Of a stretch of DNA of 64,000 nucleotides, positions 9,501-17,107 are shown in pieces. Location of the stretch: the NCBI GenBank assembly GCA_900540395.1, contig UQFQ01000001.1, forward strand, positions 21,809 to 85,808, read 5' to 3'. The position numbers were made by a program, and so were the translations under genes. Position 1 is the first letter of the stretch. Each line of letters opens with the position of its first letter. Source of the stretch: an uncultured Mollicutes bacterium (GTDB taxonomy: Bacteria > Bacillota_I > Bacilli_A > RFN20 > CAG-826). The notes beneath the pieces are model-generated. The model did no database searches, was not told where the DNA came from, and saw only the letters and a list, made by a program, of their open reading frames with translations.

Positions 9501-10456
9501 TAATCATGAATCCAAAATTACTTATTTGTGATGAACCTATTTCAGCACTTGACGTTTCAATCCGTGCACAAATTATTAACTTACTTAACGAACTTAAAGA
9601 AGAAATGGGTTTAACAATTATGTTTATCGCTCATGACTTGTCAGTCGTTAAATATTTCTGTGATCGAATTGCTGTTATGTATTTTGGTGAAATTGTTGAA
9701 CTTGCAACAAGTGATGAACTCTTTAAACATCCATTGCATCCTTATACAAAATCACTTTTAAGTGCAATTCCTAAACCTAACCCATTAACTGAAAAAGAAA
9801 GAGTTAGAATTGTTTATAATCCACGTGAAGTTCACGATTACAGCGTTGATAAACCAAGTTTTATTGAAATTAGACCAGGTCACTTTGTACTTGCAAATAA
9901 ATCGGAAATTGAAAAATACAATAAAGAAATGGCTCAAATTGACGCTAAACTTGCTAAAGGCGAAGAAATTTCAACAAGCGACATCTTAAAAGAAGAAGAA
10001 AAAGTTGAAGAAATAGTCGCTGATGAAAAACTTTCTGAAAACAACGATCAAGTTTTAATGAATGAACCTCAAAAGGATGCTATTACTTCTAATGAAAGTG
10101 AAGAAGAAAGAGTAGAAACAATTGTTGAACCTGCTCAAAATGAAGTTGAAGAAGCAAAAACTGATGAAACTGAAACAGAAAAAAGCAGTGCAACAAATGA
10201 AGTAACGCAATCTGACAAAAAAGAACCTTCTGAAATTCTTTTAAAGCAAAGAAGAGGAGAAATCAAGAAGGTTTACCATGTTAAGAAAGTTGATGGAAAA
10301 TGGGAAATCATTCTTAAAGATGGTCTTAAAGTTATAAAAACCTTTGATACCAAAAAAGAGGCTGTTGAATATGCTAACAATCTAGCAAAATCTCAAGATG
10401 GAACAGTCTTAGTTCATGCTTCTAAAGGTAAAAATAAAGGAAAATTCATGAAATAA
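6554..10456 (+). CDS. oppDF: Fused OppD-OppF double ABC ATPase with coiled-coil-like insertions and a C-terminal DUF2188-like domain
   Basis: NBD1: GESGSGKS, FSGGMRQR, DEPTTALD, HPYTWALL. NBD2: GESGCGKTT, FSGGQRQR, DEPISALD, HPLHPYTKSLL. One uninterrupted 1300-codon frame; the paralogous genes at 17108 and 19119 are separate. Confidence 0.9.
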   Translation: MEQNKLNSVDYKNTPKVLEVKNLRVNFKSDSGMVYAVRGVSFDLYKGETLCIVGESGSGKSVTSKTIMGILANNAVVESDQILYEGEDLIRVSEEEFHRIRGHKIGMIFQDPLSSLNPICRVGKQITEATLINKNILKRHYNELISKELVNLRNSKANADYEINRLDNELNKINGYIKFLNTPLKNQDDEEQIKKHQDTIEEIAEFCSLFVRDDKKLLEETTHELDALKNTRDFDSRYLEEEINSKKIELINEKLELLKTDSTSYEGKENLDSLTIRKEFLEKLKEYTLKEYKTLKPLLKTALTNKKKDASVLNKEYALKLKAERDEKLAKLEEDLTVAKQEFDNTFANASEEAKNNLALMTAKEEKPKKSILSFFKKQKQEEINISKLGKQEEKITTTGDDELDKAHFKVKDIEDQIKKVKEDYINSTKVTKKEAKKMALEVMREVGIPLPEKRFKQYPFEFSGGMRQRIVIAIALTANPDILICDEPTTALDVTIQAQILELINTLKRERGLSCIFITHDLGVVANMADRVAVMYAGKIVEYGTAYEIFYNPKHPYTWALLSSIPDIDSKEKLEAIPGTPPDMRFPPKGDAFALRSKYALEIDFRHEPPFYKVSDTHYAATWLLHPDAPQVEMPRIVKTRIANSIKQYEESKSVNQEQLKEVPKESFDLLKSVMQENEASKSARQALLSSNIEAYRIAEEGKSVISKEDHSLELDEVNPTKDELSGIDEENKEEAIKDIRSKCKYKDEYVQNNIILSVNHLKQYFFFGKGPNRYKLKAVHDVSFQIKEGECFGIVGESGCGKTTTGRSIIRLYHITSGSIYYKGVRIGAGSRWNVKEIKYTNLRYNAKVKELKELLKDGKISQDEYNSEFNKAKEYRDNVVRVQKEKIKQIKHDDKHVSRKLMSEIQMIFQDPIDSLDPRMTVEDIIQEGLRIQGFTNKAENHEKVVNVLEKVGLIADYCNRYPHEFSGGQRQRIGIARALIMNPKLLICDEPISALDVSIRAQIINLLNELKEEMGLTIMFIAHDLSVVKYFCDRIAVMYFGEIVELATSDELFKHPLHPYTKSLLSAIPKPNPLTEKERVRIVYNPREVHDYSVDKPSFIEIRPGHFVLANKSEIEKYNKEMAQIDAKLAKGEEISTSDILKEEEKVEEIVADEKLSENNDQVLMNEPQKDAITSNESEEERVETIVEPAQNEVEEAKTDETETEKSSATNEVTQSDKKEPSEILLKQRRGEIKKVYHVKKVDGKWEIILKDGLKVIKTFDTKKEAVEYANNLAKSQDGTVLVHASKGKNKGKFMK

Positions 10457-10486
10457 AGTTTCATAAATATTAACTTTAAATTATTA

Positions 10487-10526
10487 AATGCCTAGTCTGC
10501 TTTGATGCGCTAGGCATTTTATTTTC
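10487..10526 (+). terminator. Rho-independent terminator of opp operon 1
   Basis: AAATGCCTAG...CTAGGCATTT stem followed by TATTTT. Confidence 0.75.
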
Positions 10527-10557
10527 AATAATTTTTGTAATTTTTAGCAAAAAAGAC

Positions 10558-10585
10558 TTGCGCAATTTTTTCTACTTGTGATAAT
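10558..10585 (+). promoter_or_regulatory. Candidate promoter with extended -10
   Basis: TTGCGC 10558-10563, 16-nt spacer, TGTGATAAT (extended -10) ending at 10585, 20 nt upstream of ATG 10606. Confidence 0.35.
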
Positions 10586-10605
10586 AAATCAAAGCGGTTA
10601 AAACA

Positions 10606-11034
10606 ATGCGGGAAAATTTTGTATTTTATTTAGAGAAACTTTTTAACAAATATTACAAGAAAATTGTATATTTTTTAGTCTTGGCTGTTTTATCGGTTGT
10701 ATTTTATATTATCCTTTATTTTTTTAGGGATGATTCTTATATTGGGCAAGTGGATAATTCTTTTATTGTTGCTTTCACTTATTTAGGGATAGGCTGCTTA
10801 TCAGCTGTAAATAACTTAGGTGTCTTCGACTTGATAGGTTATGGATTTAAAAACTCTTTCTCTTATATAGTGCATAACGAAAGAAAATATACGGATGCAT
10901 ACGAATATAAAACAATGCTTGCTTCAAAAAGAAAAGAAGAGCGTTTTAATCGGGCTCTTTATTCGATCATTTTCTTAATTTATATCATTGTGTTTATTTG
11001 CTTCTATGTGAACTTTAGAAGCGGAAATGCTTAA
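10606..11034 (+). CDS. Small multi-pass membrane protein (possibly DUF3899-like)
   Basis: 142 aa with 3-4 hydrophobic helices. The GVFDLIGYGFKNSFSY segment resembles the DUF3899 pattern as I recall it. Lies between the two opp operons. Confidence 0.45.
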   Translation: MRENFVFYLEKLFNKYYKKIVYFLVLAVLSVVFYIILYFFRDDSYIGQVDNSFIVAFTYLGIGCLSAVNNLGVFDLIGYGFKNSFSYIVHNERKYTDAYEYKTMLASKRKEERFNRALYSIIFLIYIIVFICFYVNFRSGNA

Positions 11035-11126
11035 TAATTGGGTATAATTAAAATCATTATATTAAGATAATATTAAGATAATTTTAACTTTTATTTTATA
11101 TTTAAAAGTCAAAAATATATACTATT

Positions 11127-11152
11127 GCATGCAATTCGTAACGAATGCATGC
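11127..11152 (+). promoter_or_regulatory. Imperfect palindrome/5'-leader hairpin upstream of oppA-2
   Basis: GCATGCAATTCG-TAA-CGAATGCATGC (one bulged A) lies between an AT-rich promoter region and the AAAGGAGG RBS. Confidence 0.35.
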
Positions 11153-11175
11153 TCATAATAAAAGGAGGAAAAAAT

Positions 11176-13809
11176 ATGCGTAAAAAATTTATGTTAAGTG
11201 TTAGTGCACTCGCTTTATTATCAATGGGCTTAACTGTTTTGGCTTCCTGTAGTGGTGAAAGCGGACAGATTGACGTTACAACTGGTGGTCTTTTAGCGCC
11301 ACATTTTGATTTATATGTCGATGCTCAAGCTGATGAAGGCGCTGAACTTGATAGAACTCGTCTTTCTTCAGGGGGCGAAGCTTTAGTTACAACTGGACAA
11401 AAGGATGTTACAGTTCACGCTTTTGAAGCTCCAGTAGGTTCAACAGTAACTTTTACAGTTACTAATAGCGATGGTAGTGAAGCAGAAGGATTTGCCATCG
11501 ATACTGATGGAAAAATGACAGTTCCACAAGTTAGTAAAAGAGAAGATTTCACTCTCACTGCAACTGCCACTAAAGACGATAAAGCTATTAAGAAATCTTT
11601 AGCTTTAACTGTTATTCCAGATTCTTTACTTGCTCAAGATGAAACTTTAGATTGGACTAGTAAATCAAATGATGAACTTGAAACTATTTCAGGTAAATTG
11701 GAAGAATACTTACTTGAACATGGTGGACTTGGAATGCCTACTTATAAAGGCAGTGGTTATAACAAGGTCTCCTCAAGATTAAGATCTGAACTTACCGAAG
11801 ATAAAAAGGTAACTAATGATGCTTATGTTACTGGTTTTGGACTTGGAACTTTTGAATACCTTTGGGTAGCAGAAGATTCACCAACCGAAACTAACTCAAG
11901 TTGGAAAAGATATTACCATACTGAAAATGGTTTACTATATGATAATGTTAATCCTTATTTAGCAACTGGTAACGTCACAACCGAATACTATCGTTACATC
12001 AATGCGCAATACTATGCACTTTTATTAAATGCTAAAAAGAGCACAGAATTTTTCCCTTCATTAGCTCGTGAATTACCACATCCAATCGATGCTGAAGGTA
12101 ACGAATTAGGTGTTCACGCTCCAGGTTCATTTAACAAATATAAAGTTTATTTAAATACCGATAAAGCAGGTACAGCTGTTACCTATAATTATAATGGTAA
12201 GGCTGGAACTGTCGCTTCTAAATATGGTGGCACAAAAGCTACTTTAAAAGATTATTTAACTCCATATTTATTAAGATTTACTCAATGGACTCAAGCTACA
12301 AACGTTTCTCAAATGATGGGGCAAGCTAACTCTATTAAGGGTCTTGGTGAATATTATGCAGCGACGGCTAAAAAACCTAGTGACGGAAAAATCGATGTTG
12401 ATCAATTTTTAAGCATGGTAGGTATCACCTTAAATGAAGAAGAAGGTTCAATTACTTTTGAATTTGAAGGTAGCTTTACAACTGACTTTGCAGCTTATTA
12501 TATTAGCAATGATGCACCAATCCCACTATCGATGATTGAAGAAATGGGCAAAGGCGATGTTGCTGAAGGTTTAAAGGTCTTTGGCTTTAGAAATACAGCA
12601 ACCAAAACTGAAGTTATTGATAACGTTCTTTCTACTGGGCCTTACATGTTAGAAGAATTTTCAACTGATAATAGAATTGTCTATAAGAAAAATCCAAATT
12701 GGCACGTTAAAAAGGATAGTGCTGGACGTGATGTTTATAAACTTGAAGGATATGTTGATACCTTTAATAGTGCTTTAAAAGATGACACTAGCGGTGAACT
12801 ATCTTATCAAGAATACCTTGCAGGCAACCAAGATACTTCTGGCGTTCCTTCCTCGGTTAGAGATGCTGAAAAGAATAAACCAGATACAATTTATATTGCA
12901 GATAGTGGTAGTTCTAACAATTTAGCTTTTAACACATTAAGTCAATTGGATTGGTTATATTTACACGATGAAAAAACTGGAGTCGGTAGTGCTTATAATG
13001 ATCCATCTCAATATAGTGGTCGATTTGCAAAAAACGAATATCCAAATAGAGAACCAATCATGTCTAATAGAAACTTCCAAAAAGGATTAGTTACTGGATT
13101 GAATAGACAAACTTGGATTGATTCAACTTTAGGAAGTGGAGCTCCTGCGACATCTTACTTCTCAACAGCACAAAAAATGTCTCCAGCTGCTAGTGAATCT
13201 TATAACGATACTGAAGCTCATAAAACGGCTGTAAAAAATGTATTTGGTACAGATGGAATTTCTCCAACATCCAATGCTGCTGGTATTAGATATATGAGAT
13301 CGGCTATTAAAGAAGAATTAGATGCTGGACATTACGTACTTGGCACAGCTGATAAACCAACCGAAATTACTCTCGATGCTGTTCATTATCACATTTCATG
13401 GACTGAAGCTTATCAGCCAATTTATACAGCTTTAGAACAAACATTTGCTCAGGCAGTAAAAAGTGTAGCTGAATGGAATGCAGGAGATAAACCATTAATT
13501 ACTTTAAAAATTAATGCCATTACTACTGAAGATGCTGATTCGATGTATATGCCATGGTGTAATGGAACATATGGTGATATCTCATGTGGACAAATCACTG
13601 GCGGAACTTATGACGTTTATGGATTGTTCTATTTGTTTGAAAGTAGAAACTATGCAGCAAATCTTAACCTTTGGCCTTCAGTTTTAACTGAAGTTCCAAG
13701 TGCTCGTATTGAAGTTGATGGAAAATATTATTCCTTCGATGCGGCAGCATTTGCTGGAATCACAACTGTTGAACTTGGAGGAAATGGAGAATACGCTAAT
13801 AGATATTAG
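11176..13809 (+). CDS. oppA: Lipoprotein, family-5 peptide-binding protein (paralog 2) with N-terminal Ig-like segment
   Basis: Start trimmed to ATG 11176 behind AAAGGAGG. Lipobox LASCSG. Motifs WKRYYH, LNEEEGSITFEF, YKKNPNW. First gene of the second A-B-C-D-F operon. Confidence 0.8.
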   Translation: MRKKFMLSVSALALLSMGLTVLASCSGESGQIDVTTGGLLAPHFDLYVDAQADEGAELDRTRLSSGGEALVTTGQKDVTVHAFEAPVGSTVTFTVTNSDGSEAEGFAIDTDGKMTVPQVSKREDFTLTATATKDDKAIKKSLALTVIPDSLLAQDETLDWTSKSNDELETISGKLEEYLLEHGGLGMPTYKGSGYNKVSSRLRSELTEDKKVTNDAYVTGFGLGTFEYLWVAEDSPTETNSSWKRYYHTENGLLYDNVNPYLATGNVTTEYYRYINAQYYALLLNAKKSTEFFPSLARELPHPIDAEGNELGVHAPGSFNKYKVYLNTDKAGTAVTYNYNGKAGTVASKYGGTKATLKDYLTPYLLRFTQWTQATNVSQMMGQANSIKGLGEYYAATAKKPSDGKIDVDQFLSMVGITLNEEEGSITFEFEGSFTTDFAAYYISNDAPIPLSMIEEMGKGDVAEGLKVFGFRNTATKTEVIDNVLSTGPYMLEEFSTDNRIVYKKNPNWHVKKDSAGRDVYKLEGYVDTFNSALKDDTSGELSYQEYLAGNQDTSGVPSSVRDAEKNKPDTIYIADSGSSNNLAFNTLSQLDWLYLHDEKTGVGSAYNDPSQYSGRFAKNEYPNREPIMSNRNFQKGLVTGLNRQTWIDSTLGSGAPATSYFSTAQKMSPAASESYNDTEAHKTAVKNVFGTDGISPTSNAAGIRYMRSAIKEELDAGHYVLGTADKPTEITLDAVHYHISWTEAYQPIYTALEQTFAQAVKSVAEWNAGDKPLITLKINAITTEDADSMYMPWCNGTYGDISCGQITGGTYDVYGLFYLFESRNYAANLNLWPSVLTEVPSARIEVDGKYYSFDAAAFAGITTVELGGNGEYANRY

Positions 13810-13859
13810 TGTTCATTTCTAAGAGTTTACTGACATAAGCGGTACATGGTAAAATAAAA

Positions 13860-13940
13860 CCGCAAAAGTAAGATATTTACTTCCATCTAAATGGGTGGAA
13901 GTAAGACAACAAGTCCCTTTTGCGGGACTTGTTGTCTTAC
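13860..13940 (+). promoter_or_regulatory. Intercistronic RNA element with mutually exclusive hairpins between oppA-2 and oppB-2
   Basis: Perfect 17-bp stem 13901-13917/13924-13940. A 9-bp hairpin 13877-13885/13896-13904 overlaps its 5' arm. A 9-bp long-range pairing CCGCAAAAG (13860-68)/CTTTTGCGG (13917-25) competes with the top of the 17-bp stem. No T-tract follows. Confidence 0.5.
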
Positions 13941-13966
13941 TACAAGAAGTTAAAAGAGAGGTCTTT

Positions 13967-15016
13967 ATGGTAAAATATGTTATTAAAAGACTTGTCTTGG
14001 TATTGTTTACAACTTTTATTATCTTAAGTTTAAGCTTTATCTTGTATAAGTCACTACCGATTGAATTGCCAATGGGAAAACCAGAACAGGTATCTCAATT
14101 TTTAAATGAGCAATATATTTTAGGATATGTAGTTCGTTTTACTGAGCCTACGGCTGGATACGGAGATCCTTTAGGAAGTGTAAATGGTTATCAAATTGCT
14201 GGAGCAGGTCCTTACTATATCTATTATGTAAGACCTATTTTTGAGCAATATTTTGTTTGGTTATCAAATATATTTACTCGTTTTGATTGGGGATCAAGCG
14301 CAACATTATATCCTAACCAAGATTGCATGATGATAATCATGGAAAAACTTCCTGTCACTATCCAATTAAATCTTATTGCAACTTTAATCTCAGTTCCAAT
14401 TGGAATATTAATAGGAATAGTGGCTGCTTTACATAAAGATAAACCATTAGATCATGCAATAAATATCATAATTATGGTGATAATTGCCATACCTTCATTT
14501 ATTACCATCCTTTATTTGATGCTTATTTTTGGTTATAACTTACAATGGTTACCTACTAGATGGCCTCAAGATGATGCTCCTCTTGCTGACAAGATTTTAG
14601 GTTACGTCATTCCTGAATTATCCTTATGTCTAGGCTCAATTGCTGGATTCGCCAGATTTGTCAGAGCTGAATTATGCGAAGTTATGAGCAGTGATTATCT
14701 TCTTCTTGCTAGAACTAAAGGTTTAACGAGAAGACAATCAATTATTCATCACGCATTACGTAATTCAATGGTTCCAGTTGTACCTATGATTATTGCTCAA
14801 TTTTTCTCAATTTTAGGTGGATCAATGATATTAGAGAACCTTTATAACATTAGAGGTATTGGTTCTTTATATATGTCAGCTTATGGAATGAAAGATTGGA
14901 ATTTATTAATGGCGGATACCGCTTTTTATACGATTATTGGGCTTGCAGCAAGTGTTCTTGTTGATTTAAGTTATGGATTTATTGATCCAAGAATTAGAAT
15001 GGGAGCGAAGAAGTAG
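13967..15016 (+). CDS. oppB: Oligopeptide ABC transporter permease OppB (paralog 2)
   Basis: Start trimmed to ATG 13967 (MVKYVIKRLV). ARTKGL motif, GFIDPRIRMG C-terminus. Long blocks identical to the gene at 3347. Confidence 0.9.
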   Translation: MVKYVIKRLVLVLFTTFIILSLSFILYKSLPIELPMGKPEQVSQFLNEQYILGYVVRFTEPTAGYGDPLGSVNGYQIAGAGPYYIYYVRPIFEQYFVWLSNIFTRFDWGSSATLYPNQDCMMIIMEKLPVTIQLNLIATLISVPIGILIGIVAALHKDKPLDHAINIIIMVIIAIPSFITILYLMLIFGYNLQWLPTRWPQDDAPLADKILGYVIPELSLCLGSIAGFARFVRAELCEVMSSDYLLLARTKGLTRRQSIIHHALRNSMVPVVPMIIAQFFSILGGSMILENLYNIRGIGSLYMSAYGMKDWNLLMADTAFYTIIGLAASVLVDLSYGFIDPRIRMGAKK

Positions 15017-15017
15017 T

Positions 15018-17105
15018 ATGGAAGAAAAGAAGTTTCAATACGTTGACTGCTATTCAAATTCTCACGAAATAACTTTAACTCCTGAAGATTTTGAATTAGT
15101 ACAAAAAGACAAAAAAATACATGATTTAAAATTTAAAAATAAGCCTACAACCTTCTTTAGAGATTCTTTAAAAAGATTCTTAAAAAATAAGTCGAGTGTG
15201 GCTGGTGGCGTGATTCTTTTTGCAATTGTTTTTCTTGCAATAATAGTGCCATTTTGCGGAGGAAATGTAGATTCTTTTAATATTAATTCTCAAAGCGCGG
15301 TTACTGGATATTTTGGTATTAAATCAAGAGCAGCAATTGCTCCTAAACTTTTCCCTGCTGGAACTGGTTTTTGGGATGGTACTCAAGAGAAAAAAGAAAT
15401 AGTTTTTAATCAGGATACAAATGAACCTGTTGGCTATCCTATAAGAAGCGTTAGTAAACTTGAAACTTGGGAAGTTGTTGATACGATTCCTGGTGAGTAT
15501 GGAAAGGGTGGCGAAGCAATTTTAACTTATACAAGCGCTTCAACTGGATCAAGTTATTATGACAATCCAGCTAATTATCATTCAACGAGCTATAATTGGG
15601 ATTTTAATTACGATTATACGATTGAATATGTTTTTTCAAACGAACTTCCAAGCAATTATTCGGTGGGTCAATACCGTATTTCGCTTGTTAATAACGAAAA
15701 TGGCGAATTAGTTTATTATCCTTTAACGGGCGATGAAAATTTAACTAGCGGAAAAACTGGTTACTTTCAAGAAGGTTTTGTTTCTAATTTTTCAAGTGGT
15801 GATGAAGCGATAAGCATCAATGTTAGCGAAAAAATGAAAACATATACTATTGATAAACTTGATGATGCCTATATCAATATTGATGTTTCTAGAAATGTTA
15901 ATGGCGAAATGAAAAATGCTATTGCTATAAAATCACTTAGTATTTCTTCAACGAGTGATCCAAATAAAGATGATTTAGCTAAACGAAGCATTAAAGATGG
16001 AAATTCGGTTTTAATTCAAACTGAAAATGTCGCTAATGAAAATAATACTGGTTCAGTTAAAAATGTAAGTTATTGGAGTGGTTCAAATACATCTACAGCA
16101 GGCAATAACATTAAATATGTTTATTGCAATTTCGTTTATGATCAATATGAAGATATATTTGGAGTTGCTAAATTAACAATTGATGATTACAAAATTTCTG
16201 AATGGGTGAAAAGTGGAATCATTTCTTTTGAAGTTGGCGGTCCAACAACCGATCAAGCCGAGCTTGCTTCAAGAATTAAAATATTAAAACCGGAAGAATG
16301 TCCAATTGTGAAGATTTATGAACAAATTGGAACTCCTGAATATGACCCAGTATTTGATGAATATTATAATTTCCAAATTGTAGCCGATTGTTCTCAATAT
16401 AAGATGCTTGGTTATGATTCAATGCCTTCATTTATATTTGGAACTGATAGAAAAGGTCGAGATTTCTGTAAAGTAATTTTCAATGCTTTAAGAACATCGT
16501 TACTTCTAGCAATATTTGTCAGTGCAATTAACATTATCTTTGGCTTAATTTGGGGTTCAATTTCTGGATATTATGGTGGCTGGACAGATATTGTAATGGA
16601 AAGATTTTGTGATATTTTAAGCGGAATTCCTTCAATCGCGATTATTACTCTTTGTATTCTTTACTTGAATAATGATGTGGTCGCCTTTTTACTTGCAATG
16701 TTCTTGACTGGCTGGATGGGTGTTTCAAGCCGAACTAGAACGCAATTTTATCGTTTTAAAGGCAGAGAGTATGTTTTAGCTTCTAGATCTTTAGGGGCAA
16801 GAGATTCTCGACTTGTCTTTAGACATATTTTGCCTAACTCATTAGGTACTATCATTACTTCATCAATTTTAATGATTCCTAGCGTCATATATAGTGAAGC
16901 AAGTATAGCTTACCTTAATTTAGGTCTTAGTTCAGAGATGATGTTTGGTGTTATTTTAAGTGAAAACAGAAGTGAGTTTAATTCTTACACAGTATATTTA
17001 CTTGTTATTCCTACCTTCATTATGCTCTTACTATTGATTGCGTTTAATTTGTTTGGAAATGGATTACGTGATGCATTTAATCCACAACTTAAAGGGAGCG
17101 AATAG
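15018..17105 (+). CDS. oppC: Oligopeptide ABC transporter permease OppC with large ectodomain (paralog 2)
   Basis: ATG 15018 lies 2 nt after the oppB-2 stop. KLFPAGTGFWDGT, GTDRKGRDF, membrane core, GNGLRDAFNP. Confidence 0.85.
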   Translation: MEEKKFQYVDCYSNSHEITLTPEDFELVQKDKKIHDLKFKNKPTTFFRDSLKRFLKNKSSVAGGVILFAIVFLAIIVPFCGGNVDSFNINSQSAVTGYFGIKSRAAIAPKLFPAGTGFWDGTQEKKEIVFNQDTNEPVGYPIRSVSKLETWEVVDTIPGEYGKGGEAILTYTSASTGSSYYDNPANYHSTSYNWDFNYDYTIEYVFSNELPSNYSVGQYRISLVNNENGELVYYPLTGDENLTSGKTGYFQEGFVSNFSSGDEAISINVSEKMKTYTIDKLDDAYINIDVSRNVNGEMKNAIAIKSLSISSTSDPNKDDLAKRSIKDGNSVLIQTENVANENNTGSVKNVSYWSGSNTSTAGNNIKYVYCNFVYDQYEDIFGVAKLTIDDYKISEWVKSGIISFEVGGPTTDQAELASRIKILKPEECPIVKIYEQIGTPEYDPVFDEYYNFQIVADCSQYKMLGYDSMPSFIFGTDRKGRDFCKVIFNALRTSLLLAIFVSAINIIFGLIWGSISGYYGGWTDIVMERFCDILSGIPSIAIITLCILYLNNDVVAFLLAMFLTGWMGVSSRTRTQFYRFKGREYVLASRSLGARDSRLVFRHILPNSLGTIITSSILMIPSVIYSEASIAYLNLGLSSEMMFGVILSENRSEFNSYTVYLLVIPTFIMLLLLIAFNLFGNGLRDAFNPQLKGSE

Positions 17106-17107
17106 AT

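Noticed and set aside
11127-11152. The palindrome upstream of oppA-2, considered as a CodY box.
   Set aside because: AATTCGTAACGAATG matches the AATTTTCWGAAAATT consensus at too few positions to support the call. Kept only as an unassigned palindrome.
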